Assembly: GCA_017453245.1 (NCBI GenBank)
Contig: JAFTKM010000018.1
Coordinates: forward strand, 10,916 to 74,915
Reading direction: 5' to 3'
Length of the DNA: 64,000 nucleotides
DNA from: Clostridia bacterium
GTDB lineage: Bacteria; Bacillota; Clostridia; Oscillospirales; CAG-272
Of the stretch, positions 10,386 to 19,660 are shown piece by piece; within the stretch, counting starts at the first letter, position 1, and each line of letters opens with the position of its first letter. Made by a program: the position numbers and the translations under genes. Under the pieces are notes generated by a model that was given only the letters and a program-made list of their open reading frames with translations, was not told where the DNA came from and made no database searches.

Positions 10386-10423
10386 AAAAAACGCCTCGGC
10401 TATGTACGGCCGAGGCGTTTTTT
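10386..10423 (+). terminator. Attenuator-like intrinsic terminator in the leader of the ABC exporter operon
   Basis: AAAAAACGCCTCGGC-loop-GCCGAGGCGTTTTTT. Confidence 0.75.
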
Positions 10424-10539
10424 GCGCTTTTTTGCCGATGTCAACTTAAAACGCAGTTGATTTTTGCTTACCATCGGCCGGTCCACATACCGAGTGTCCG
10501 GAGCATCCACACGCAGTAAAAAATTTGTAACACAGAAAA

Positions 10540-12297
10540 ATGAAAACGATTTTAGAACATCTTAAACCCCATTATAAGAGCCTCGGCGTGGTTATGCTTA
10601 TGCACACGCTTGCGACCGTCACCGAGCTCCTTATGCCGTACGTTATGAGCGACGTTGTTGACAACGGAATTGCCAACTCGGATATAGGCAGGGTAGTGAG
10701 CTCCTCGCTCATTATGCTTCTTCTTGCCACGCTCTCTCTCGTGTCGGCTCTTGTATCAAACAAGATAAATACAAGGGTGACGACCTCATTTTCCTCGTCG
10801 CTCTGCCGCTCGACCTTCAAGAAGATCAACTCCTTGTCCTTCGAGCAGTATTCAAGGATAGGCTCGTCGGGACTTCTCACACGCTCGACCGACGATATCT
10901 TCAACGTTGAGGGCGCCGCAAGCGAGCTCGTTTACACAGTGATCACCGTGCCTATGATGCTTATCGGCGGAACTGCGCTCGCTCTCCTTGCCGATGTGAC
11001 TCTCTCACTAATATTCCTTTTGTGCATACCGCTTATTCTCGCGTTCGTTGTTTTTATCGTAAAGCCGCTCCGAAAGATGTGGGACGTCAGCGACAAATAC
11101 GTCGACGTGCAAAACCGAATAGTCAGAGAAAGGCTTATAGGCATACGAGTTATCCGCGCCTTCAACAACGAGGATAAGGAGCACGCAAGAGCAAAGCACG
11201 CGACCGAGGAAATGGCTAAATATATGATAAAGGCCAACGTCCGCTCGGGCTACATCACACCCGTCGCAATGCTTCTTCTTAACCTCTCGACGGTAGCTAT
11301 ACTTCTTGTCGGCACGTCGAAGGTGACGAGCGGAGTGATCACCGAGGCGGGCGATATAATCGCCGTTATGCAGTACGTCACGCTTATCGCAAACGCGGTC
11401 ATCAATCTCTCCTGGACGATAGCCTGGATACCTCACTTGAGAGTCTCGATATCAAGAATTTCCGAGGTCTTTGATATGCCCGTATGCGATGACGGAGCAG
11501 ACGACCACACCGAGCCGCGCTTCCCGCTTTGTGAGGGCGCAAGGGTAGAGATGAAGGATATCTCCTTCTCATATCCAGATGCTCAGACGGATGCTCTATC
11601 GGGCGTCAGCTTCTATGCCGATAAGGGAGAGACGGTAGCCGTGATCGGCGGTACGGGCTCGGGAAAGAGCACGCTCGTCAAGGTGCTTCTCGCGATGTAT
11701 CCTTATAAAAACGGCGAGATTTTGATTAATAATGTAAACTATAATAGTCTTTCTAAGGGGGAAATACGCCTTGCGTACTCTGTCTCGCTACAAAAGGCGA
11801 TGATCTTTGAGGGTACTATCCGTGATAATATCACTATGGGCAGAGCAGATGCCGCCGATGAGGAAATCGCCACCGCTATCTCGGACGTCGAGCTCGAGGA
11901 GTTTGTGTCATCTAAGGAGGAAGGACTCGATTTTCTGCTCGTAGGACTTGGACAAAACGTCAGCGGAGGACAGAAGCAGAGGATAAATATGGCGAGGACC
12001 GTCATAAGGGAAGCGCCGATCTATATCTTCGACGACAGCTTCTCAGCGCTTGATTATCTCACCGAAAGAAAGATTCAGCAAAAGCTTTTTGCAAGGCTTA
12101 AGGGCAGGACCAAAATACTTGTCACTCAGAGAGTATCGACAGCCCTTGCCGCAGACAGAATTTACGTTATGGACAGAGGCAGGATAAGCGCTGTCGGAAC
12201 TCACGAGGAGCTTCTCCGCTCGTCCGATATCTACCGTGAGATCTGTGTGTCTCAGCTTGGAAAGCGTGTGTTGGGAGGTGATACCCTTGAAGCCTGA
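10540..12297 (+). CDS. Heterodimeric ABC exporter subunit A (TMD+NBD, degenerate site)
   Basis: Six-TM domain; GGTGSGKS, VSGGQKQR, degenerate Walker B IFDDSFSALD. Confidence 0.9.
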   Translation: MKTILEHLKPHYKSLGVVMLMHTLATVTELLMPYVMSDVVDNGIANSDIGRVVSSSLIMLLLATLSLVSALVSNKINTRVTTSFSSSLCRSTFKKINSLSFEQYSRIGSSGLLTRSTDDIFNVEGAASELVYTVITVPMMLIGGTALALLADVTLSLIFLLCIPLILAFVVFIVKPLRKMWDVSDKYVDVQNRIVRERLIGIRVIRAFNNEDKEHARAKHATEEMAKYMIKANVRSGYITPVAMLLLNLSTVAILLVGTSKVTSGVITEAGDIIAVMQYVTLIANAVINLSWTIAWIPHLRVSISRISEVFDMPVCDDGADDHTEPRFPLCEGARVEMKDISFSYPDAQTDALSGVSFYADKGETVAVIGGTGSGKSTLVKVLLAMYPYKNGEILINNVNYNSLSKGEIRLAYSVSLQKAMIFEGTIRDNITMGRADAADEEIATAISDVELEEFVSSKEEGLDFLLVGLGQNVSGGQKQRINMARTVIREAPIYIFDDSFSALDYLTERKIQQKLFARLKGRTKILVTQRVSTALAADRIYVMDRGRISAVGTHEELLRSSDIYREICVSQLGKRVLGGDTLEA

Positions 12298-14080
12298 TAA
12301 GAGTAAAAAGAAAAGGGAAGAGCTCACCTCGTCATTAAAGGTTATAGGCAGGATAATCAAGGACACAAAGCCGATTTTGCCCTCGTTGATCTTAGCGGCA
12401 GTAATCAGCCTTTTGTCCATAATCCTTTCTATGCTCGCGCCCGAGCTCATCGGCACACTCACCGACGGAATATACGATTACGTCACTCTCGGTGCTCCGA
12501 TGGATCTATCCCGCACCGCCAGGATATCCATCATTCTCATCGTCTCATACCTTGCCTCGGGAATACTCAGTATGATTACGATGATCATAATGAACAACAC
12601 CGTCTCGCGCCATTACACCTGCCGTATAAGAGTGGATATGAGCGCAAAGATATCTAAGATACCTATCAAGAAGGTCGACACAACACCAAACGGCGAGATA
12701 ATCTCCCGTATGACCAACGACGTCTCTATTATGGGTGGCTCGGTACACGATATCTTCAATATTATTATAAACGGTGTACTCAAGCTCATTGTAATCACGG
12801 TGCTGATATTTATCTCAGATCCCATAATGGCGTCGGTCATTATTCTATTTGTTCCCGCGTCGATATTCCTCTCCGCAAAGCTTGCCGCAAGGAGTGAGAA
12901 GTACTTCGACCTGAGCCGCGAGGCGGCAGGAAAAATATACTCCGCGACAGAGGAGAATCTCACCGGCTTTGACACCGTCAAGGTATATAATCTCGAGCGT
13001 CACAGACAGGACGGATATGAGAAGCTCTCCGAGGATTACAGAGTAAAATCAGAGCGCGGATATCTTACCTCGGGCGTAGTTCAGCCTATTGTTGCAATAG
13101 TCAACAATCTTGCCTATATAGCTATATGTATCGTCGGCAGTATTCTCGTTATCCGCGGTACTTTGCGAGTTGGCGATCTTATGGCGTTCATTCTTTACAC
13201 TCAGCTTTTCTCAGGACCTCTTGAGTCCATCTCGGGCGGTATGTCTATGATGCAGTCCACCATAGCCTCCGCGCGCAGAGTGTATGAATTCCTCGACTCC
13301 GAGGAGATGAAGGAGCCCGAGCGAAAAGAGCTTGATGAGCCGTGCCTTGGCGCAGTCAAATTCGAGAACGTCGCCTTCTCCTACACCGAGGATAAGCCGC
13401 TTATAAAGAGCCTTGATTTAGATGTTCTCCCGGGACAGAAAATTGCGATAGTAGGCCCTACCGGTGGCGGAAAGACAACAATAGTTAACCTTTTGATGCG
13501 TTTTTACGATCCCGACTCTGGTACTATATCCGTTGACGGAAGATGTATACAAGAGATGAATCGCTCGGATGTCAGAGAGATGTTCTCGATGGTGCTTCAG
13601 GATACGGTCCTCTTCTCGGGTACGGTATACGACAACATCGCCTACGGCAATCCGTCGGCAACAGAGGGCGAGGTCAGGGAAGCGGCGCGCCGCGCTCACA
13701 TTGACTTCTGGATCGACGGATTACCTGACGGATATAACACAAGGATCAACGAGGAGAGCACCAATATCTCGGGCGGCCAGAAGCAGCTTCTCACCATCGC
13801 CCGCGCCTATCTCTCGGACAGACCTATCCTCATACTTGACGAGGCTACCAGCAACGTTGATACCCGCACCGAGCTCATTATCCAACAGACTATGGATGAG
13901 CTTATGAAGGGCAGGACAACCTTTGTTATCGCCCACCGCCTCTCAACCGTTGAGAATGCGGACGTCATACTCGTTGTCAGTAACGGTGACGTTGTGGAGA
14001 AGGGCACACACCGAGAGCTCCTTGCCTCTGGCGGACTCTACTCCGAGATATACAACAGTCAGTACACCATAGTTAAATAA
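12287..14080 (+). CDS. Heterodimeric ABC exporter subunit B (TMD+NBD, consensus site)
   Basis: GPTGGGKT, ISGGQKQ, ILDEATSNVD, IAHRLST; TTG start at 12287 after GGAGGTG. Confidence 0.9.
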   Translation: MKPDKSKKKREELTSSLKVIGRIIKDTKPILPSLILAAVISLLSIILSMLAPELIGTLTDGIYDYVTLGAPMDLSRTARISIILIVSYLASGILSMITMIIMNNTVSRHYTCRIRVDMSAKISKIPIKKVDTTPNGEIISRMTNDVSIMGGSVHDIFNIIINGVLKLIVITVLIFISDPIMASVIILFVPASIFLSAKLAARSEKYFDLSREAAGKIYSATEENLTGFDTVKVYNLERHRQDGYEKLSEDYRVKSERGYLTSGVVQPIVAIVNNLAYIAICIVGSILVIRGTLRVGDLMAFILYTQLFSGPLESISGGMSMMQSTIASARRVYEFLDSEEMKEPERKELDEPCLGAVKFENVAFSYTEDKPLIKSLDLDVLPGQKIAIVGPTGGGKTTIVNLLMRFYDPDSGTISVDGRCIQEMNRSDVREMFSMVLQDTVLFSGTVYDNIAYGNPSATEGEVREAARRAHIDFWIDGLPDGYNTRINEESTNISGGQKQLLTIARAYLSDRPILILDEATSNVDTRTELIIQQTMDELMKGRTTFVIAHRLSTVENADVILVVSNGDVVEKGTHRELLASGGLYSEIYNSQYTIVK

Positions 14081-14094
14081 GCAAAATAACGTGA

Positions 14095-14135
14095 AAGAGC
14101 GAAGACACCGCGTAGGTATCCTCGCTCTTTTTTTA
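14095..14135. terminator. Bidirectional intrinsic terminator
   Basis: AAGAGCGAAGACACC...GGTATCCTCGCTCTTTTTT between convergent genes. Confidence 0.6.
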
Positions 14136-14136
14136 T

Positions 14137-14928
14137 TCACTTCAAAATCAGTTTAATGATATAAGTCGCAAGTCTTTTCGGCAGGACGTTAAGGAGTAGA
14201 AGCAGGGGATTTCTGTTTATCTTATATACCTGCCTCGGTCTCTTTGCCTCGAGTATCTTCAGAGCAAGCTTACCGATCTTTTCGGGCTTTACGTTTCTTG
14301 CCTCGACTCCGTCAACGATTTTCTTGAAGCGCTCTGCGTTGCAGGAGTAGAGCTTCGTTTCCTCACAGAAGCGGTCGAGCGCGGTGGTGGATACTCCGAG
14401 CATTCCCGTGTCCACAGCTCCGGGTCTCAGCACGCTGACCGAAATACCGAGCAGCTGCAGCTCCATTCTCAGCGAGTAGGCGTATTTGTCAAGCGCCGCC
14501 TTCGTCACAGCGTAAATACCGGTAAAGGGAAGCGGATCAAGGGGCGCAAGCTCGCTCGTCGTTATAAGTATTCTGCTGCCCTCTGTGAGCAGGGGTAGGA
14601 AGGTCTTATTCACTCTGTACACCGAGAAAACGTTCACGTCGAAAATGCGTGTGAAATCATTTTCCGACATTTCCACGAGTGAATCGAGGTTATACATTCC
14701 CGCAAAGTGCGCTATCGCATACACCTTGTCGGTCACCTCGCATACCTTTCTGTAAGCCGCATCTATTTCATCTGTGCTCGTCAGATCGACCTCTATTGGT
14801 ATCACACCGTCTTCAGCCTCTCCCACGCGTCTGTCCAGCGCGAAAACGTAGTATCCTTTATCCCTGAAGGCTCTTACCGCCGCATAACCCATACCGCCGT
14901 AAGCACCCGTAACAATCACGTATTTCAT
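14137..14928 (-). CDS. Short-chain dehydrogenase/reductase (SDR)
   Basis: TGAYGGMG Rossmann motif, YAVTK catalytic motif, RPGAVDT. Confidence 0.9.
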   Translation of the reverse strand: MKYVIVTGAYGGMGYAAVRAFRDKGYYVFALDRRVGEAEDGVIPIEVDLTSTDEIDAAYRKVCEVTDKVYAIAHFAGMYNLDSLVEMSENDFTRIFDVNVFSVYRVNKTFLPLLTEGSRILITTSELAPLDPLPFTGIYAVTKAALDKYAYSLRMELQLLGISVSVLRPGAVDTGMLGVSTTALDRFCEETKLYSCNAERFKKIVDGVEARNVKPEKIGKLALKILEAKRPRQVYKINRNPLLLLLNVLPKRLATYIIKLILK

Positions 14929-15047
14929 ATAAATACCGCCTTTCTACGTCAATTTTATCACATCTATCGTCCAAAGTCAACGCTAAAGGCTCATTGTCGG
15001 CAAGAAATGGCACGGCGACATTTCGCGCTTCGCATTTCGCATTTTCC

Positions 15048-15076
15048 TTGACTTCTTCGGGATAAGGTGCTAAAAT
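15048..15076 (+). promoter_or_regulatory. Sigma-A promoter of two-component system 1
   Basis: TTGACT-17 bp-TAAAAT with a TG extension. Confidence 0.6.
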
Positions 15077-15107
15077 AGTAACAACAGTTGTACATAGGAG
15101 GAGCAAA

Positions 15108-15782
15108 ATGTTCCACATACTCGTTGTAGATGATGACAAAAATACGAGGATGTTTTTGCGCGCGGTGCTTGAAAACGCGAAGTACACCGTCTCGGTCGCA
15201 AAAAACGGACTCGATGCTCTTGAGATATTTGACAGAGAGCATATAGACCTCGTCGTGCTCGATATTATGATGCCTGGGATGGACGGCTACGAGCTGACCG
15301 AGTCCTTGCGCGAGGCAGGGAATAACGTCCCCATCCTTATGGTTTCGGCAAAGCAGCTTCCCAAGGATAAGCACAAGGGCTTCCTCGTCGGCACGGATGA
15401 CTACATAACGAAGCCTATCGACGATGAGGAGATGCTCTACCGCATCAAGGCGCTCTTAAGGCGCGCTAAGATAGCAAGCGAGAAGAAGATCGTAATAGGC
15501 GATGTAACTCTCGATTACGATTCTCTCACCGTAACGCGAGGCGAGGAGGTGCAGGAGCTTCCGCAGAAGGAGTTTCAGCTTCTCTATAAGCTCCTTTCCT
15601 ATCCCGGTAAGATCTTTACCAGAATTCAGCTTATGGACGAGATATGGGGAGCGGAGAGCGACACGGGATGGGAGACGGTTACCGTGCATATCGCAAGACT
15701 CCGTAAGCGATTTGACGGCTATCCCGAGTTCTCGATAGAATCGGTCAGAGGACTTGGCTACAAGGCGGTGAAAAGGATATGA
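15108..15782 (+). CDS. OmpR-family response regulator (HssR-like)
   Basis: ILVVDDD, LDIMMPGMDG, GTDDYITKP; winged helix KEFQLLYKLLSYPGKIFTRIQLMDEIWG. Confidence 0.9.
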   Translation: MFHILVVDDDKNTRMFLRAVLENAKYTVSVAKNGLDALEIFDREHIDLVVLDIMMPGMDGYELTESLREAGNNVPILMVSAKQLPKDKHKGFLVGTDDYITKPIDDEEMLYRIKALLRRAKIASEKKIVIGDVTLDYDSLTVTRGEEVQELPQKEFQLLYKLLSYPGKIFTRIQLMDEIWGAESDTGWETVTVHIARLRKRFDGYPEFSIESVRGLGYKAVKRI

Positions 15783-16870
15783 AAAGGATAAGAATAGATA
15801 AGATAAAGATAGACAGAGAAAAGAGTAGATCCCAGTTCTCGCTGACTCTTATTTTTGCGGTTCTCATCTTCGTGGTGCTTCTTGCCGCGATAGCCTTTGC
15901 TACGGCTCTCGTTTACCTTTTCTCCGAGATCGACTTAATATCCGGTCTTAACGATGAGCTCTCACTCGGTACGATTCTTATCTGTATGATAGGCTTCAGT
16001 ATCTTCTTCGGCGCGACCTTCTCGCTCCTTTTGGCACAGATACCCCTGAAGCCGATGAACCGCTTTGTAAGGCATATGAACGCGCTTGCCTCGGGTAATT
16101 TCAAGGCAAGACTCAGATTCCGCGGCACACTCTCCGAGCACAAGCTTATAAAGGAGATAGAGCAGAGCGTAAACAAGCTTGCCGAGGAGCTCGAGAAGAC
16201 CGAAATGCTCCGCAGCGACTTTATCAACAACTTCTCCCACGAGTTTAAGACGCCTATCGTATCCATCGCGGGACTCGCAAGGCTCCTTAACCAAAGTGAC
16301 GTTTCCGACGAGGACAGACGCCGATATCTCAGCGCGATAGAGGACGAGTCGCGCCGCCTCGCTACTATGGCGACGAATATACTCAATCTTACAAAGGTAG
16401 AGAGCCAATCCATACTTACCGGTGTCACCGAGTTCAATCTCTCCGAGCAGATACGCTCCTCGGTCCTCCTGTTTGAGAATAAGTGGGAGAGGAAGGAGCT
16501 TGAGCTCAGCCTCGACTTTGACGAGCATATGATCAATGCCAACGAGGAGCTTCTCAAGGAGGTCTGGATAAACCTTATCGATAACGCCATTAAGTTTTCG
16601 CCGAAGGGCGGCACTCTCGCTATATCCGTGACGGAGAGCAAGTCTTGCTACGGCATCACCGTTGCCAATACCGCAGATGAGATACCCGCCGAGGCGAAGG
16701 ATAGCCTCTTCAAGAAGTTCTATCAGGTAGATAAGTCACACGCCTCCGAGGGCAACGGCATCGGCCTCGCAATTGTCAGCAAGATAGTCGAGCTTCATAA
16801 GGGAACGATCGAGGTAGGTTATTCGGACGGACTCGTTACCTTTACCGTAACTCTTCCTCGCAATCTCTGA
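15779..16870 (+). CDS. Sensor histidine kinase (two TM, HAMP, HisKA, HATPase; HssS-like)
   Basis: FSHEFKTP H-box, NLIDNAIKF, FYQVDKSHASEGNGIGL. Confidence 0.9.
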   Translation: MKRIRIDKIKIDREKSRSQFSLTLIFAVLIFVVLLAAIAFATALVYLFSEIDLISGLNDELSLGTILICMIGFSIFFGATFSLLLAQIPLKPMNRFVRHMNALASGNFKARLRFRGTLSEHKLIKEIEQSVNKLAEELEKTEMLRSDFINNFSHEFKTPIVSIAGLARLLNQSDVSDEDRRRYLSAIEDESRRLATMATNILNLTKVESQSILTGVTEFNLSEQIRSSVLLFENKWERKELELSLDFDEHMINANEELLKEVWINLIDNAIKFSPKGGTLAISVTESKSCYGITVANTADEIPAEAKDSLFKKFYQVDKSHASEGNGIGLAIVSKIVELHKGTIEVGYSDGLVTFTVTLPRNL

Positions 16871-16883
16871 TAAGCAATATTTC

Positions 16884-16918
16884 ATACCCGTTATCCCTCA
16901 GGTAGCGGGTATTTTTTT
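16884..16918 (+). terminator. Intrinsic terminator
   Basis: ATACCCGTTA...TAGCGGGTATTTTTTT. Confidence 0.65.
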
Positions 16919-16932
16919 GCGTTTTCCTCCGA

Positions 16933-16968
16933 GTTTATTTTCAGTTTATAAAACTTTTGTATTATAAT
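16933..16968 (+). promoter_or_regulatory. Candidate OmpR/HssR-type direct-repeat box plus -10 element upstream of fakA
   Basis: GTTTATTTT-CA-GTTTATAAA (11-bp period) ends 10 bp before TATAAT; no canonical -35. Confidence 0.5.
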
Positions 16969-17016
16969 GGTGTAAAATGGACGGAAATGTAATTATTACA
17001 TTGTATCGGAGGCATT

Positions 17017-18651
17017 ATGAACACACAGAAAATAGACGGCAAATGCTATGCCGAGATGCTCAGAGGCGGCACAGCGCTTCTTCTTCGGCACTCGCAGGAA
17101 ATAAATGATCTTAACGTATTTCCCGTTCCGGACGGAGATACGGGAACAAATATGGCAAGGACTATGGACGGCGGTCTCTCGGAGCTTTCAAGCGATATAG
17201 ACAGCATAGGCAAGGTATCGAGCGACTTTACCCACGGCGTTCTCCTTGGCGCGCGAGGCAACTCGGGAGTTATCCTCTCGCAGATCTTCGCGGGCATCAA
17301 CGAGGAGCTCTCCCATTATGACGAGGTAGGCGCAAGGGAGCTTGTCGACGCGTACAAGAAGGGAATTGCCAAGTCCTACTCGGCGGTTCAACAGCCGACC
17401 GAGGGAACTATCCTCACCGTTTTCAGAGAGAGTATAGAATATGCCGAGAAGAATATCACCGATGAGTCGAGTGTTGAGGACTTCTTCCGTATGCATATAG
17501 AGAGCGCCAAGGACTCACTTGCCAGGACAAAGGAGATACTCCCCGCCTTGGCGGAGGCAGACGTTGTTGACTCGGGCGGAGCAGGCTACCTTTACATTAT
17601 AATGGGTATGTATGCGGTGCTCACAGGCGAGCTCACCGGCTCGATATACAAGAGCCCCGAGACACAGACGAGTAAGGTCAATATCGACCTCTTCACCAGA
17701 GATTCAAGGCTTGAGTTTGGCTATTGCACCGAGTTTATGCTCAGACTCACGACAGAGAAGTGCGATCCCGACAGCTTTGAGATAGGCGAGCTCATAACCC
17801 TTCTTGAGTCCCTCGGAGGTGAGAGTATCGTGGCGTATAAGCTCGATGACGTAGTCAAGGTTCACGTGCACACCTTCGCTCCCGGTAACGTCCTTACCGT
17901 GGCTCAGTCCTACGGCGAGTTCCTTACGGTCAAGATAGAGAATATGTCTCTGGGCCACACAGAGGAGCCTAAGCCGAAGAAAGCGAAGAAGCCCTTCTCG
18001 GTGATCGCGGTTGCTCAGGGAGAGGGACTCTCGGCGCTGTTTTCCGAGATGGGCGCTGACGAGATAGTGACGGGAGGTCAGACACTCAACCCCTCGACAG
18101 AGGAGATTATAGCGGCGTTTGACCGCGCGGAAAGCGATGACATCATCGTTCTGCCTAATAATAAGAACGTAATTTTAGCCGCAAAGCAGGCTGCAGAGCT
18201 TTATGACAAGGCGAGAGTACACATCATTCCCACCAAGAATATGATGCAGGGCTACGGCGCGCTTTCGGTTGTGACTCCGGGCATTACCGACGTCTCATCC
18301 CTGGTCGAGAGCGTCACGAGAGCGGCTGAGGGAGTTATCGGAGCCGAGGTCACGATGGCGGTGCGCGACGTTACTCTCGGAGGCAGGGAGATAAAGAAGG
18401 GTGACTACATCGCCATCGCATCCTCTGAAATTACCGCGGTTGCAGGCTCAGCTGAGTCGGCAGTGCTCGAGCATCTTGACTCGGTCGATATGGACGATTA
18501 TGAGATCATAACACTCTTTGTCGGAAGCAACGTGTCGGACATCCGCCGTGTTAAGCTCACCGAGATCATCGAGGAGAAGTACGATATGTGCGAGCTCGAG
18601 GTCTTTGAGAGCGGCAACGAGGTCTACGACTATATGATAGCGATAGAATAA
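17017..18651 (+). CDS. fakA: DAK2-domain fatty acid kinase catalytic subunit (YloV/FakA family)
   Basis: LNVFPVPDGDTGTNM, GARGNSGVILSQ, EGTILTV, VVDSGG, FGYCTEF, KVHVHT, GGQTLNPST, LPNNKNV. Confidence 0.9.
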   Translation: MNTQKIDGKCYAEMLRGGTALLLRHSQEINDLNVFPVPDGDTGTNMARTMDGGLSELSSDIDSIGKVSSDFTHGVLLGARGNSGVILSQIFAGINEELSHYDEVGARELVDAYKKGIAKSYSAVQQPTEGTILTVFRESIEYAEKNITDESSVEDFFRMHIESAKDSLARTKEILPALAEADVVDSGGAGYLYIIMGMYAVLTGELTGSIYKSPETQTSKVNIDLFTRDSRLEFGYCTEFMLRLTTEKCDPDSFEIGELITLLESLGGESIVAYKLDDVVKVHVHTFAPGNVLTVAQSYGEFLTVKIENMSLGHTEEPKPKKAKKPFSVIAVAQGEGLSALFSEMGADEIVTGGQTLNPSTEEIIAAFDRAESDDIIVLPNNKNVILAAKQAAELYDKARVHIIPTKNMMQGYGALSVVTPGITDVSSLVESVTRAAEGVIGAEVTMAVRDVTLGGREIKKGDYIAIASSEITAVAGSAESAVLEHLDSVDMDDYEIITLFVGSNVSDIRRVKLTEIIEEKYDMCELEVFESGNEVYDYMIAIE

Positions 18652-18663
18652 GGAGATATTAAA

Positions 18664-19656
18664 GTGAAGCAATATAAGATAGTAATTGATACAAAGGGCT
18701 CTGACAGAGGCGCCGGGATGATGATCAAGGGCGCATCCTTAGCTCTTCAGAAATACCCCGAGCTCGCGGTCCTTCTTGTCGGTGACACCGACGTTATGCT
18801 TGCCGAGTGCGAGAAAAACGGAATGCCGATGGACCGTGTGGAGCTCCTTGAAGCACCCGAGACCATCACCAACTATGACAGCCCCGCAGAGGCGCTTTTT
18901 GTCAAGCGCGATTCCTCTCTGGTTAAGGCACTTGAGGCACTCTCCGAGCGCGATGACCTTGTCGGTCTTATCAACGCGGGCAGCACGGGCGCGCTTATCG
19001 CGGGCTCTATGCGTTACCTCTCTGGCAAGGACAGAGTCCGTCCCGCTCTGGCGGCGGTCCTCCCTGCGGCAAACGGCGGCTTTACCTGCCTCGTTGATAC
19101 CGGAGCTACCATCGACTGTCCCGCATCCACCCTCGTCCACTTCGCAAGACTCGGCAGAGACTTTATGAAGAATCTCTACCGCATCGAGAATCCGAGAATA
19201 GGCCTTCTCTCCAACGGAGCAGAGCCCACCAAGGGCAATAAGCTCGTCAAGGAGACTCACGCTCTTCTTCGTGATGCCGAGGACATCAACTTCGTCGGCA
19301 ATATCGAGGGCAACAAGGCTCTTTCGGGTGAGTGCGACGTCCTCGTTTGCGACGGCTTTGCAGGCAATCAGGTGCTCAAGGTCACAGAGGGCGCGGCAAC
19401 GAGAATTATTACCGATATCGTGAAATATTCAAAGAAGACAGGTGACGAGAGCCTTATGAAGCTTGTCGGCTACCTTATGGGCATCTACGATTTCAACTCG
19501 CTCGGCGGCGGAGTTATCCTCGGCACCGTCAAGCCGGTTATCAAGGCTCACGGAGCGGCAAACGAGCAGTCTATCGTCAGCACCGCGGGAATTATCCTCA
19601 ATCTCGCAGAAAACAAGGAATTATTCGACAAATCCGCATTTGATATAAAGGAGTAA
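18664..19656 (+). CDS. plsX: Phosphate:acyl-ACP acyltransferase PlsX (divergent)
   Basis: RPAL, NFVGNIEG, DVLVCDGFAGN.VLK..EG, GGVILG, VIKAHG; GTG start after an RBS. Confidence 0.88.
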   Translation: MKQYKIVIDTKGSDRGAGMMIKGASLALQKYPELAVLLVGDTDVMLAECEKNGMPMDRVELLEAPETITNYDSPAEALFVKRDSSLVKALEALSERDDLVGLINAGSTGALIAGSMRYLSGKDRVRPALAAVLPAANGGFTCLVDTGATIDCPASTLVHFARLGRDFMKNLYRIENPRIGLLSNGAEPTKGNKLVKETHALLRDAEDINFVGNIEGNKALSGECDVLVCDGFAGNQVLKVTEGAATRIITDIVKYSKKTGDESLMKLVGYLMGIYDFNSLGGGVILGTVKPVIKAHGAANEQSIVSTAGIILNLAENKELFDKSAFDIKE

Positions 19657-19660
19657 AAAA

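Noticed and set aside
10250-10430. T-box or metabolite riboswitch
   Set aside because: No T-box or known aptamer consensus is seen; a uORF with a strong RBS explains the leader better.
14137-14928. SDR as the ceramide or ketosphinganine reductase of the lipid operon
   Set aside because: Only generic classical SDR motifs are present and it is a separate transcription unit; adjacency alone is not enough.
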